The translations under genes were made by a program, and so were the position numbers. A stretch of 64,000 nt of DNA from a virus (lineage: Duplodnaviria; Caudoviricetes): positions 32,001 through 96,000 of the IMG/VR virus record IMGVR_UViG_3300025924_000001, one strand, 5' to 3'. The notes beneath the pieces are model-generated. The model saw only the letters and a program-made list of their open reading frames with translations. It searched no databases and had not been told where the DNA came from. Positions 1-9,662 of this stretch are shown here, in pieces. Position 1 is the stretch's first letter. Each line of letters starts with the position of its first letter.

Positions 1-1198
1 CGCTGCTCAACCCCTGACCGGACCTCAGCGTCATCTGAGCCACGTAGACCGTGTCCCACGCCTGAGGGTGGTTGTTGAGAACGAACCCAGCCGCGGCGAG
101 GGCGGCTCCGGTGGGTGCCTGCGCGGTGACGTTCGCGTTCGACCACCCGTTGGGTGTGACGGCGGTGGGGTTGCCGACGCTCGTGGAGATCAGGGAGCCG
201 CCGGCGGTGTACCAGTTGATCTCCACCGCGGTCTGGCTGTAGCCCTGTGGCGCGAAGAGCCAACCCGATGCGGTGTAGAAGCTGCTGCCGGTGACGGGTG
301 ACCGGTTTCCGGAGGAGGCGAGCAGGGTGACGTTGCTCGCCGTCCCGGCCGGCGTGATCTCGATCGCTGGCTGGCCGTTGAACGCGACGTTGGTTACGGC
401 AGCGGCTGACGCGTTGCTGACCGTCCAGCCGTCGAGCGCGGGGTTGTTCGTGAAGAACGGGTTGTAGTTGATCGCCTCCGGCAGGTAGAGCTTCGCCTCG
501 GAGACGTAGAACACGTTCGACGCCGCGGGCGTGCCGGTGAGCTGCACGGTGATCGAGGCCGTTACCGCACCCGATGGGGCGGTCGTCGTGTTCGTCGTCG
601 GCGTCCAGGTGTTCGCGGCCGCCGACTGAGCCGCACCGGTGACCGACGAGATCAGTGAGCCGCCGGCGTCGTAGAACGAGATCACCAGCGAGAACGCGGT
701 CGTCACGGCCTGGGTGAAGTACCCGTACGCCGACGCCGACACGGTGCCACCGGCTCGGGCCTGCACGCTCGCCTTGTTGGAGGTGATCCCCGCCGTCGCG
801 CTCGACCCGTTCGGCGTCACCCGCGCCGCGTAGCCCTGGGGAACGTGCGTCACCGCGCTCTGCACGCTGAGCGCGGAACCGGCGGCCAGCGTCCACGGTG
901 AGGACGCCCCGGTCGCGAAGTTGGGGTTGCCGTTCACCGCGAACGAGTCCTGCGTGGGGTCCGTGGGCGACACGACGACCGGCACCCAGTAGTTCGCCGC
1001 GTCATCGCTGACGCACATCGTGGAGGGAACCTGAGGGAAGGCTCCCCAGCCAACCGTCGCGACGAGCCAGTTGCCGCCGGTGATGCCGGTGATCGGGATG
1101 TTCAGTGCCTGGTTCGCGGGCGCGATGGTCGGTGACGTGCTGCCGTTGGGGTCAACGCTCCACGAGGAGCTCCACGTGTTGGGGTTCGTGACCGTCAC
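1..1198 (-). CDS. Minor tail protein with carbohydrate-binding-like repeats (partial, runs off window)
   Basis: GTG at 1198 overlaps the tape measure stop (GTGA). Manual translation VTVTNPNTWSSSW... contains repeated NGNPNFATG..W / NYNPFF..W motifs typical of CBM-like tail domains; position directly after tape measure. Confidence 0.65.
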   Translation of the reverse strand, partial: MTVTNPNTWSSSWSVDPNGSTSPTIAPANQALNIPITGITGGNWLVATVGWGAFPQVPSTMCVSDDAANYWVPVVVSPTDPTQDSFAVNGNPNFATGASSPWTLAAGSALSVQSAVTHVPQGYAARVTPNGSSATAGITSNKASVQARAGGTVSASAYGYFTQAVTTAFSLVISFYDAGGSLISSVTGAAQSAAANTWTPTTNTTTAPSGAVTASITVQLTGTPAASNVFYVSEAKLYLPEAINYNPFFTNNPALDGWTVSNASAAAVTNVAFNGQPAIEITPAGTASNVTLLASSGNRSPVTGSSFYTASGWLFAPQGYSQTAVEINWYTAGGSLISTSVGNPTAVTPNGWSNANVTAQAPTGAALAAAGFVLNNHPQAWDTVYVAQMTLRSGQGLSS

Positions 1199-4100
1199 GT
1201 CGTCCCCCTTCCGAACAGCGACAACCCGTTGGTGGGATTCCGGTTGTTGTACCGAAGCGTCTGCGTCTGGTTCACCGTGGCGAGCCGGCTCTCCGCGATG
1301 ACCGACCCCTCGACGTTGTTGTTGATGATGAGAACGCCACCGCCGGCGCCGGCAGCGAGCCCGGCGAGGCCACTGGGGATCCCGAGGGACCTCGGGTTGA
1401 GGCCGAGGTTGCCGCCGCGGGTGAGCTCCGACGCGATCGCGTTGACCGCGGATCGGATGGCGGGCATGCCGTTCAGCATGCCCATCGCGATGCCGGTGCT
1501 GAGGTGGATGCCGACCTCGTCGGCCATGCGCTTCGACGGTGAGCCGTGCTTGAACGCGTCCTTGAAGCCCTGAATCACGCCGGCCGCGAAGTTCATGATC
1601 TGGTCGTTCAGCCAGCCGGCAGCGTTCAGCATGCCGTGCACGAGGCCCTGAACGATCGCGAAGCCGGTGTTGATGAGCCAGGTGTTCGCGTTGCTCAGCA
1701 GGTTGAGGATCTTCCCGGGAAGGTCGCGGAACCACTTCCAGATGGCGTCGGCCGCCTGGTTGACGCCGTTGAGGAAGCCGGCGATGACCTCCATCGACCG
1801 GGCGAAGAGCCAGTTGCTGGCTCCCGTGAGGAAGTCGTCGATCCTCTTGGGCAGGTCGTTGAACCACTTCCAGAGCTCGAGAGCCTTCTTCTCGATCCCG
1901 TTCAGGAAGCCGTTGATCACGTCCTGGCCGTTCTTGTCGATCCAGTCCTTCGCGGTTGAGGTCGAGTCCTTGATCTTCTTAGGCAGGTCGACGCTGAAGT
2001 ACTTGACGACGGCCTCCGACGCCGACTTGATCCCGTCGATGATCGCCTGGCCGAGCTTGTTGCCCTCGCGCTGAATCGTTCCGACGAGCTCACCGAGCGC
2101 GTAGCCGATCTTGTAGGGCAGGTTGTTGAACGTGTCGATAACCAGCTTGCCGGCGTCGCTCGCCTTTCGCTGCAGCGTCCTCATCGCCTCGTCCCACTTC
2201 GAGCTGAGGCTGCTGCCAAGGCTGTTGAGGGCGTCACTGATCTTCTTCGGAAGACCCTGGGCCCACTGAATGAGGGACAGGCTCAGGTCGCCGAGCTTCT
2301 TCGGCAGGCTGACGAGCCACTCGCCAACCGCGGCCTCGTTCTTCATGAAGTCGGCGAAGCCCTTGCCGGCCTTGTCGAACGCCCACACGAGCCCCTCGAT
2401 CAGCTTGACCGAGATCAGGGTGATCACCTCGAGGAGGGGAACCATCTGCTTGACCAGGTCGGTGACGACCGGGATCAGTGGGGCAAGCGCTGGGATGATC
2501 TGCATCCACGCCTTACCGAGGTCCTCGAGCGCGGGCGACAGCTTCTTGATCATGTCAAGCGCCTCAGCGAGGAGGACCTTGACGAGCTGGGTGAGGGGTG
2601 GCAGCAGCGGCTTGATCGCCTCGACGAACGTCTTCATGTTCGTCCCGAGTTCCTCGCCGAACGCCTTCGCGATGTCGCTGATGAGCGGCAGCAGGGGAAT
2701 GATCGCCTTCGCGATGGCGTCGAGGCCGTCGAACAGTGCGCCGAGCGCCGGTGAGACCGCCGCGAGCACGTCGACGAGCAGCTCGCCGATCACCTTGACG
2801 AGGTCGCGGAACAGGTTAGCGAGCGGGGCCATCATCGGTTCCATGGCCTTGAAGGCCTCACCGATGACGACGACGACCTCCTTGAACGCCTCGCCGATCG
2901 CGTTGTTTCCCGACATGGACTTGAAGGTGCCGTCGAGCAGCTTCAGGAGGTCGATCATCGCCGGCATCATCACGTTGCCGATGCTGATGGCGGTCGCCTC
3001 GAGCTGAGCCTTGAACTTTGCGAACGCGAAGCTGAGGTTGCCCTGGACCTCGGAGAAGCCGAGAACGTCACCGTTCGCGTCCGTCGTCGCCGCACCCACG
3101 GCCTTGATCGCGTTGGTCAGCGAGTCGGCGCCGTCACCGGTTGCCTCCAGGGCCGCCTGCAGGCCGGGTGACGTGCCGATCAGCTTCTTCATCGCCTCGG
3201 GAACGGACTGCCCGACGGCGGCGGCGTTCTTCTCCGCAACCTGTCGCAGGTACTCGAGGGTGCCGGCGAGGCCGTCGGTGCCGAGGTGCTTCTTCACCTC
3301 GTCCTCCGAGGTGCCGAGCTCGGCGAACTCCTTCTTCATCTGCGTCGTGGGTGCGATGATGCTCTTGATCGCCGCGGCGACGTCCTGCGCGGCGCGCTGT
3401 GCGGTGGTGCCGTGGGCGGTCATCGCGGCCTCAACCGAGGCGACGTCGGCGAACGACAGGCCGACCGACGCGGCGATGGGCAGCACGGTGGCGAGGGACT
3501 TCGAGAAGGCGTCGAAGTTGGTCTTACCGAAGGAGATCGCCTCAACCATCTTGCTGGTGATGTCACCCGCGTCGCTGGCGGTGAGGTTGTAGTCCTTCAT
3601 GACCGTGGTGACGGCGTCCGCGACGTGGGACAGGTCGGCGCCCTCGTCCCTCGCGCCCTGCGCCGCGGCCTGCATCACCTTGAGACCATCCGCGGCGTGG
3701 TAGCCGGCGGACTCGATCGGGTACATCGCCTGAGCCATCTCGTTGGCCGTGAAGCCAACCTTCGTGGACATGTCCAGCAGGCCCTGGCTGACCAGGCCCA
3801 CGGCGCTCGACGACTCACCCGCGCTGGTCACGAGCCGGGTCACCGCGGCCTGGAAGTCACCGGCCATCGTGAGGCTCGCGGCACCGACCGCGGCGACCGC
3901 GAGGCCGGCCTTCTCCGCGATGGAACCGATGGAGGCTCCCGCGGCACCGAACGCCTCGCTCGAGCCCGCGGTCTTCGCGGCGGCTCCCTCGGACGCGGCC
4001 GCGGCCGCGTCCTGCGCCGCCGCGGCCGCGTCCGCGGCCTCACCGAGACGCGCGAGGGCGGCTGAGGCCTCGTCGGAGGACAGGACGATGCTCGCCGCGG

Positions 4101-4293
4101 CCTCGTCCATCGCGGCCGCGGCCTCGGTGGCGCCGGCGGTCAGCGCCTCCGAGAAGTCCGCGGCCATGGCCACGGTCTCGGTGATCGCGGCGTCGAGCTC
4201 CTCGAGGGACGCGATCGACGTCTGCAGGCTCTCCACCCACTGAGCCGTGTTGACGATCAGGTCGAGGACCGCGGGTGGAAGCTCCTCAGCCAA
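1195..4293 (-). CDS. Tape measure protein
   Basis: 1032 aa, Ala-rich helical, TP901-type core (AGDFQAAVTRL...), periodic Trp repeats, C-terminal GSPSKRM motif; follows tail chaperones. Confidence 0.92.
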   Translation of the reverse strand: MAEELPPAVLDLIVNTAQWVESLQTSIASLEELDAAITETVAMAADFSEALTAGATEAAAAMDEAAASIVLSSDEASAALARLGEAADAAAAAQDAAAAASEGAAAKTAGSSEAFGAAGASIGSIAEKAGLAVAAVGAASLTMAGDFQAAVTRLVTSAGESSSAVGLVSQGLLDMSTKVGFTANEMAQAMYPIESAGYHAADGLKVMQAAAQGARDEGADLSHVADAVTTVMKDYNLTASDAGDITSKMVEAISFGKTNFDAFSKSLATVLPIAASVGLSFADVASVEAAMTAHGTTAQRAAQDVAAAIKSIIAPTTQMKKEFAELGTSEDEVKKHLGTDGLAGTLEYLRQVAEKNAAAVGQSVPEAMKKLIGTSPGLQAALEATGDGADSLTNAIKAVGAATTDANGDVLGFSEVQGNLSFAFAKFKAQLEATAISIGNVMMPAMIDLLKLLDGTFKSMSGNNAIGEAFKEVVVVIGEAFKAMEPMMAPLANLFRDLVKVIGELLVDVLAAVSPALGALFDGLDAIAKAIIPLLPLISDIAKAFGEELGTNMKTFVEAIKPLLPPLTQLVKVLLAEALDMIKKLSPALEDLGKAWMQIIPALAPLIPVVTDLVKQMVPLLEVITLISVKLIEGLVWAFDKAGKGFADFMKNEAAVGEWLVSLPKKLGDLSLSLIQWAQGLPKKISDALNSLGSSLSSKWDEAMRTLQRKASDAGKLVIDTFNNLPYKIGYALGELVGTIQREGNKLGQAIIDGIKSASEAVVKYFSVDLPKKIKDSTSTAKDWIDKNGQDVINGFLNGIEKKALELWKWFNDLPKRIDDFLTGASNWLFARSMEVIAGFLNGVNQAADAIWKWFRDLPGKILNLLSNANTWLINTGFAIVQGLVHGMLNAAGWLNDQIMNFAAGVIQGFKDAFKHGSPSKRMADEVGIHLSTGIAMGMLNGMPAIRSAVNAIASELTRGGNLGLNPRSLGIPSGLAGLAAGAGGGVLIINNNVEGSVIAESRLATVNQTQTLRYNNRNPTNGLSLFGRGTT

Positions 4294-4711
4294 GGCTCAC
4301 CGCCTCCGAGATGATCTCGAGCGCGACCTGGTACGCCTCCACGGCGGCGAGCTCCCACGCGGGGATGAGGTAGGGACGCGACGGCACCTCGGTCGCGCCA
4401 CCGGGACCGGCGGTGCCGCCCAGCTCCTGGATGCGCGAGTACGCGGTCGTCGCACCGACCTGAACCGTGCCCGGCCCGAGGACCTTCACCTCGATGCTTC
4501 CCGCGAGCCGACCGGTGATCATCGACGGCGGCTCACCGGGCGGGGCGGGGCTCGGCGTTCCCGGTGCGTGCGAGGACCGGCTCAGCTGAGCTCTCGCCTC
4601 GCGCGCCACGGCCTCACCCATCGCCTCCGCGGCCGGCTCGGCGGCGGCGACACCCGCGGTCATGATCAGGCCAAGCGCGTCGATCGCACCCTTCGCGCCG
4701 CTCGTCGCCAC
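4286..4711 (-). CDS. HK97 gp10-like neck/tail-completion protein
   Basis: Motifs TGRLAGSI, YSRIQELGG, PSRPYL. Confidence 0.7.
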   Translation of the reverse strand: MATSGAKGAIDALGLIMTAGVAAAEPAAEAMGEAVAREARAQLSRSSHAPGTPSPAPPGEPPSMITGRLAGSIEVKVLGPGTVQVGATTAYSRIQELGGTAGPGGATEVPSRPYLIPAWELAAVEAYQVALEIISEAVSLG

Positions 4712-4717
4712 GGTCGG

Positions 4718-4981
4718 TCACCTCCTGGGTCCCATGCTTGTCTGGGTAGCTCGACGGCTGAGGAACTCGCTCGCCTCGTGCGCCGCCTCCTCGATCACGG
4801 GAAGCCAGTCCAGTGCCTCGAGCGGTAGGTTCTCAACCTGTTCGGGTGTCCAGCCGTAGACCTTCGCGTACCACCGCCACGTCAGCAGGATCGTCGGTAG
4901 GTCGCTGGGAAGGGGCACGTCCTGCTGTCCCTGCGCCAGGTAGAACGCGACGAGCTGCCGACGGGCGGACCTCAGTTTGGG
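4718..4981 (-). CDS. Tail assembly chaperone, -1 frameshift extension (lambda gpT-like)
   Basis: Open -1 frame from slippery C CCA AAC at 4975-4981; contains GWTPEQVENLP. Confidence 0.75.
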   Translation of the reverse strand, partial: PKLRSARRQLVAFYLAQGQQDVPLPSDLPTILLTWRWYAKVYGWTPEQVENLPLEALDWLPVIEEAAHEASEFLSRRATQTSMGPRR

Positions 4982-5292
4982 GCCTTGAAGTTCACCTTCT
5001 TCATCAGATCCGCGGTCTTCAGGTGAAGCTCGTTGTAGTCGTCGATGTCGAGGTCGGCGACCGCGTCGGCGCCGCCCTGCTCAGCCGGGATGGGAGCCTC
5101 GAGGGACCAGGCGGTGATGATGTTGGCCAGCAGCGAGTCGTGCATGCGGTCCGACAGGTCCGCGCCGACCTCCTGCCCCTGCTGGCCCTCCTTGACGGTG
5201 ATCCGAAGCGCGGCGTGCACCGCGGTTCGATCACGCCCCTTGAGGTTGTCCCTCATCTCAACCCAGTTGCCGCTGGGCAGCTCGACGCGCAT
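4972..5292 (-). CDS. Tail assembly chaperone (lambda gpG-like)
   Basis: 106 aa between tail tube and tape measure, AGGAG RBS, ends in a slippery heptamer. Confidence 0.8.
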   Translation of the reverse strand: MRVELPSGNWVEMRDNLKGRDRTAVHAALRITVKEGQQGQEVGADLSDRMHDSLLANIITAWSLEAPIPAEQGGADAVADLDIDDYNELHLKTADLMKKVNFKAPN

Positions 5293-5304
5293 AGCTCCTC
5301 CGAC

Positions 5305-6531
5305 CTAGTACGGTGCGTAGTTGTTGGTGACGATGACGGTGATGGGACCGAGGCCGCCCGAGCCGCCGACGTTGCTCGTGTTCGCGACGGTCTGCACGTC
5401 GTCGTCGTAGCCGACGAGGACGCCGCTTCGCGTGATCTTCGACTTGACGAACGCGGCCTGAGCGAGCACGAACGTGTAGTTGATGTGGTTCGTCCCGCTG
5501 AGGCCGTTGTCGACGTTGATGACCACGGACGGCTGAGTGTTGTTCAGGAACTGCAGGAGCGCGGTCTCGTCGTAGGCGACGCTGAAGTTCAGGGTCGCCG
5601 TGGCGTCCAGGGTGCCGCGGGCGATGATGTACGGGTTCTGGAAGCCCTGGTTGGTCCAGTAGACCTGCAGCTGGCGCTTGATGGCGACCGCCCACTGGCC
5701 GATGTCGTAGATGGCCGACGAGCCGATGGTGAGGTTGGTGCGCCAGGCGGGGATGGGGACCACGAAGTTCGTCGAGTTCGTCGGCGTCGACGCTGCCGGC
5801 TGGCTGATCCACGAGTTGCCGGTGACCTTCGCCATGAACAGGGCCTCGGCGCTGCCGGTGAAGTCGACCTGAGAGACGCAGAGGGACGGGTAGGAGCGAG
5901 CCCCCACGGTCGTCGTCAGCGCCGTGTAGTCCGTGGCGGTGTGGGTCGGCGGCTGACCGGTGCCGCTGTTGAGAAGGTTGAACCGGTGGGTGTAGGACCC
6001 GGTGACCGTCTGGACGGTCGCGTTGTTCGCGTGGTTGAACCGCAGCGGGTAGCCGGTGAACGTGATCGAGTTGCCGGCCGCGGCGGACAGCTTGACCACC
6101 TCAGCGAGGGTGCCGCTGTCGATCTGCACGTTCTGGTTGGCGGCGAAGCCGGCGGTCGTGCCCACCGTGACGTTCGTGTTGCCGGCAGACGAGGCGGCCG
6201 ACGTGTTGGAGGTGCCGCCGATCGCGGGCTGGCCACTGGTGGAAAGGTCGCCGAAGGCGTTGTCGAGGAAGTACCCGTAGACGTCGCCGAAGACGGGGCC
6301 GCCGTAGTTGAACGACGCGTCCTCGACGCCCTGGATCTCGGCATACATGAGGGCCATGTAGCCGCGGATCGCCTCATCCGGAAGGTACTTGATCAGGTCC
6401 TCAGGCTCGTACGTGCCCTTGTCGAGGGGGATGGTGACCACCGGGAGGACCGGGGTGCCAACGACCGTTTCACGGGCGATCCCCAGCCAGTTCTTGGTGG
6501 AGGGAGAGACGAAGGGGGGAACGTTGCTCAT
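5305..6531 (-). CDS. Major tail tube protein
   Basis: 408 aa beta-rich, N-terminal WLGIARETVVGT and YTHRF motif, strong RBS, upstream of chaperones. Confidence 0.8.
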   Translation of the reverse strand: MSNVPPFVSPSTKNWLGIARETVVGTPVLPVVTIPLDKGTYEPEDLIKYLPDEAIRGYMALMYAEIQGVEDASFNYGGPVFGDVYGYFLDNAFGDLSTSGQPAIGGTSNTSAASSAGNTNVTVGTTAGFAANQNVQIDSGTLAEVVKLSAAAGNSITFTGYPLRFNHANNATVQTVTGSYTHRFNLLNSGTGQPPTHTATDYTALTTTVGARSYPSLCVSQVDFTGSAEALFMAKVTGNSWISQPAASTPTNSTNFVVPIPAWRTNLTIGSSAIYDIGQWAVAIKRQLQVYWTNQGFQNPYIIARGTLDATATLNFSVAYDETALLQFLNNTQPSVVINVDNGLSGTNHINYTFVLAQAAFVKSKITRSGVLVGYDDDVQTVANTSNVGGSGGLGPITVIVTNNYAPY

Positions 6532-6595
6532 CGAGCTCCTCCGGTGGGGGTGAAGAGCGCCGCGCGCTCGCTGGCTGAGATCACACAGCTCCTCA

Positions 6596-7114
6596 TCAGG
6601 CCGCGAAGACCTCGTTGATGACGCACGTGATCAGGGCGTCGTATCGGTTGTAGCGCTGGTCGGTGAGGGCGCGCACGGTGATTTGATAGCTCATGTCCTC
6701 GCCGATGTCGATCAGGTAGCTCTCCCGGTTCGTCCACGGGTCGAGCAAAGCCGGCGTGGTGTCGGGGGCGAGCCGAAGCTTCTCCATCACCCAGTCGACC
6801 ATGCCGGGAAAGAGGGTGTCGGCCTCGGGGTCGTCGTCCTGACCGAACCACACGAGGTAGACGTCGAGGCGGTGCTGCTGGGTCTTGAGCCCGGAGGGCG
6901 AAGTCGCGGACGTCGCGCGGGGAACGGTGCCGCCGCGAGCTGGGTTGCGGTCCTCCCGACCGCGGGACGGCCACACGTACGCCTGAGGGATGTTCGCGTC
7001 AACGTTGGGGTCGGGCGGCGTGATCTGGCTCTGCAGCGGCGGCAGGTTCGTGATCGGCCACACCAGGCCGTTGATCAGGTCGTTGACGTAGACCTGGGTG
7101 GTATTGATCGGCAC
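6596..7114 (-). CDS. Putative tail terminator / head-tail connector protein
   Basis: 172 aa directly upstream of tail tube; synteny only. Confidence 0.5.
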   Translation of the reverse strand: MPINTTQVYVNDLINGLVWPITNLPPLQSQITPPDPNVDANIPQAYVWPSRGREDRNPARGGTVPRATSATSPSGLKTQQHRLDVYLVWFGQDDDPEADTLFPGMVDWVMEKLRLAPDTTPALLDPWTNRESYLIDIGEDMSYQITVRALTDQRYNRYDALITCVINEVFAA

Positions 7115-7132
7115 CGAACGCTCCCCTCAGCC

Positions 7133-7558
7133 TCACCGGCGCCGTCGGTGACGGCGGCCGTGGTAGCCCGCGTGCTTGCGGTGCGCGTGGTGAACGACGT
7201 GGGAGTGCTTGACGTGGTGGAAGCCGTGCTTCACGATGCGACGCTTGGTGTAGTGAGCCGCCTTGCGGTCCACGTGCGCGGCGCGTCGTCGCTGCCGCTG
7301 CGTGTGCTTGCGACGAGAGTAATGCTGACGCACGTCTCGGTGAGCGAACGCGTGACGGGTGCCGCGACGCTCCCGGTGGGGGTGCGGTCGACCAGCGACG
7401 CGGTGGACCCGCTGACCCCGGTGCGACGACGCTCGTCGGGACGCGGCTCCCCGGCCGCGGGCGAGCTGGTGACCGCGCAGCCGGCGCTTGAAGAGGTGAC
7501 GGCGACGCAGCGTGGTCTGCCTGGCGAACGAGGGCCGGTGGATTCGGAGGTACGCCAC
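7133..7558 (-). CDS. Arg/His-rich very basic protein
   Basis: GTG overlaps upstream TAG (TAGTG), codons end mostly in G/C, fills the gap in the operon. Confidence 0.65.
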   Translation of the reverse strand: MAYLRIHRPSFARQTTLRRRHLFKRRLRGHQLARGRGAASRRASSHRGQRVHRVAGRPHPHRERRGTRHAFAHRDVRQHYSRRKHTQRQRRRAAHVDRKAAHYTKRRIVKHGFHHVKHSHVVHHAHRKHAGYHGRRHRRRR

Positions 7559-8505
7559 TAGACCGTTCGCCGGAAGGGGTTCAGGAGCAGCTCGGCCTCA
7601 CCCGCGAGGTCGGCGGGGCTCTTCACGCCGGAGCCACCGCTGCCGCCGCCGGGAATGGACTGCACCGTGGTGGAGGTCGCGCCGCGGGTCAGGGCCATGG
7701 AGCTGCCGAACAGGATGACCGCCCAGATCGCGGACTGCGGCAGCGTCGACACCATGACCCCGCTGCCGTGCCCGTACTGCAGCGGCGCGGCGAGGGTGAG
7801 GGTGCCGGGTCCCGCGGTCGCGGAGGCGCCGGTGACGTGCACGACCTCCTGGTTGCCGGAGTCGAACACGGTGCCGGTCGCACCGGTGACGCCGAGCGCC
7901 TCCGACGTGATCGCCCAGCCCGTGCAGTCGTCGACGTTGAGGACCATCGCGCCGGCGGAGGTGGGCTGCGTCAGGGACGTGTGCGGCCAGCCGTTGACGT
8001 ACTGGCACTTGACGACGTAGCCGTTGCGGCCGAGCGCCCAGTTGATGTACGCGCCGGAGAAGACGATGGACTGGCCGCCCTCGCCCGCGGCGGACGGCGC
8101 GTTGGAGCCGTAGACGCCGATGACGGGGTGCTCGATGTCGTACGCCGTGGCTGGCACGGTGACGTAGCTGCGGGGGAAGGTGTTGGGGGAGACCGCGAGG
8201 CTGACGATCTGCAGGACCGGCCAGCGCTGCAGGATGAAGCGGCCGTTGCCGGTGCCGTTCTGGATCGTGATGCGGAAGTCAGGCCCCTGCTGGATCTCCG
8301 TGTCGAGGGTCGCGCGGAGAACCTGATTGCAGTACGTGTCGGCCTGCGCGGTCGCGCGGGCGCAGATGTTGGCCTGCTCCGCGAGCTGCTGCGCCGGCGT
8401 GGTGCCACGGCCTGGTGGGATCGTGGACCACGAGATGCCGGTGGGCGCGGACGTGAGCAGCTCGGGCGTGACGTAGGGGGTGAGGGGTCCAACGGGCAGC
8501 GTCAC
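7558..8505 (-). CDS. Putative head-tail adaptor
   Basis: PYVTPELL start, ATAQADTYC, YVNGW, AELLLNPFRR end are adaptor-like; start set at the GTGA overlap. Confidence 0.6.
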   Translation of the reverse strand: MTLPVGPLTPYVTPELLTSAPTGISWSTIPPGRGTTPAQQLAEQANICARATAQADTYCNQVLRATLDTEIQQGPDFRITIQNGTGNGRFILQRWPVLQIVSLAVSPNTFPRSYVTVPATAYDIEHPVIGVYGSNAPSAAGEGGQSIVFSGAYINWALGRNGYVVKCQYVNGWPHTSLTQPTSAGAMVLNVDDCTGWAITSEALGVTGATGTVFDSGNQEVVHVTGASATAGPGTLTLAAPLQYGHGSGVMVSTLPQSAIWAVILFGSSMALTRGATSTTVQSIPGGGSGGSGVKSPADLAGEAELLLNPFRRTV

Positions 8506-8690
8506 GTGATCACCGTCCTCTTGGGCTTGCACTTACGGCACAGGTAGCCGTCGCGGTCGGTGGTCCAGATCGCGTGCTTGACGCAGAGCGGGGTCTGGCA
8601 ACTCACGCACTGAGTGAACGGTTGGGTGGAGGCGGCGCGTCTGCCTCGTCGGATGGTGCCACACCGGCCGCAGACGCCCCGCCTCGACAC
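8502..8690 (-). CDS. Small zinc-finger protein
   Basis: CxxC, CxxC, CxxH, CxxC in 62 aa; coupled to next gene. Confidence 0.55.
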   Translation of the reverse strand: MSRRGVCGRCGTIRRGRRAASTQPFTQCVSCQTPLCVKHAIWTTDRDGYLCRKCKPKRTVIT

Positions 8691-8693
8691 CCT

Positions 8694-9350
8694 CTATCCA
8701 GCCTGAGTCAGCCGCTTGAGGAGCACGGCGCGAACGCCGGTGTCGGCCAGGCCGCGGTTCCGCGCGACCTGCCTCAGGTCCTTGACGGTGAGCTTGCTGA
8801 GGTCCTGAGCCTGCTCGCCACCGTCGTTGGGGTCGGCCGGCGTCGCGTCGTCCTCGAGCAGGTCGTCGACGAGCTCGGCGCGCTCGACCTCGAGCGCGTC
8901 GACCCGCGTTCGGGTGGGCGATGCGATGCCGGTGGGATTGTCCCTCGTTCCGTGCATCACCGGCTCAACGGTCAGGGCCGTGAGGGCCTTCGTGACCTCC
9001 GGGTTCAGGCCGGCGAACGCCGTGGTCATGATCGCCATCAGCTTCTGCATGCCCTCCTGGGAGGACGCGAGGCTGGCGATGGAGGCCTGCAGGCTCGAGG
9101 CGATGTTCTTCTCGCCGCGCTTCTCCTGGTTCTCGCGCAGGCGCACCTCGTCGGGGGTCTCCGGGATCTCCTCCGGGTCCACCGCCCAGTTCGGGTCGCC
9201 GCGCAGGTGGTTCTCGCAGGCGTGGCAGTCCAGCACCCACACCTTGACCGGTGAGCCGTGGGTCACCGGACGCGAGTGCGTGGCTCCACACCCCCCGTGG
9301 TCCCTCGACACGGCGACCCCCATGAGGTCGCTGCGTGCGTGCAGGGTCAT
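8694..9350 (-). CDS. Protein with C-terminal SAP-like DNA-binding motif
   Basis: LSKLTVKDLRQVARNRGLADTGVRAVLLKRL; AGGAGG RBS. Confidence 0.65.
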   Translation of the reverse strand: MTLHARSDLMGVAVSRDHGGCGATHSRPVTHGSPVKVWVLDCHACENHLRGDPNWAVDPEEIPETPDEVRLRENQEKRGEKNIASSLQASIASLASSQEGMQKLMAIMTTAFAGLNPEVTKALTALTVEPVMHGTRDNPTGIASPTRTRVDALEVERAELVDDLLEDDATPADPNDGGEQAQDLSKLTVKDLRQVARNRGLADTGVRAVLLKRLTQAG

Positions 9351-9365
9351 GCTTCCTCCTTTAAA

Positions 9366-9662
9366 TCAAACGGTACGAATCGGAATGCCTGTAAGGGGCA
9401 CCGCCAATACACACATACCAGTGTCAAACATGGTGACACGCTCGATTTTGATGATCGATCGCGTGATGGGATTGCGACATTCAGTCACATTTGGAAACAT
9501 TCCATTTGGAACCCGAATGACGCAAATTTCGTTGCGTCCGCCTTCCCACGCCGCTTTGCACGCTTCGGTGATCTCGTTCATGAAATCGGTTAGCGTATAA
9601 GGCGGAACGATTTCGTCCTGACTTCCATAGCGCACGCACGGGCTTCCGTCCAGGCTCACCAC
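9366..9662 (-). CDS. Hypothetical protein, low GC
   Basis: 98 aa ORF in a visibly AT-richer patch; overlaps upstream stop. Confidence 0.45.
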   Translation of the reverse strand: MVSLDGSPCVRYGSQDEIVPPYTLTDFMNEITEACKAAWEGGRNEICVIRVPNGMFPNVTECRNPITRSIIKIERVTMFDTGMCVLAVPLTGIPIRTV

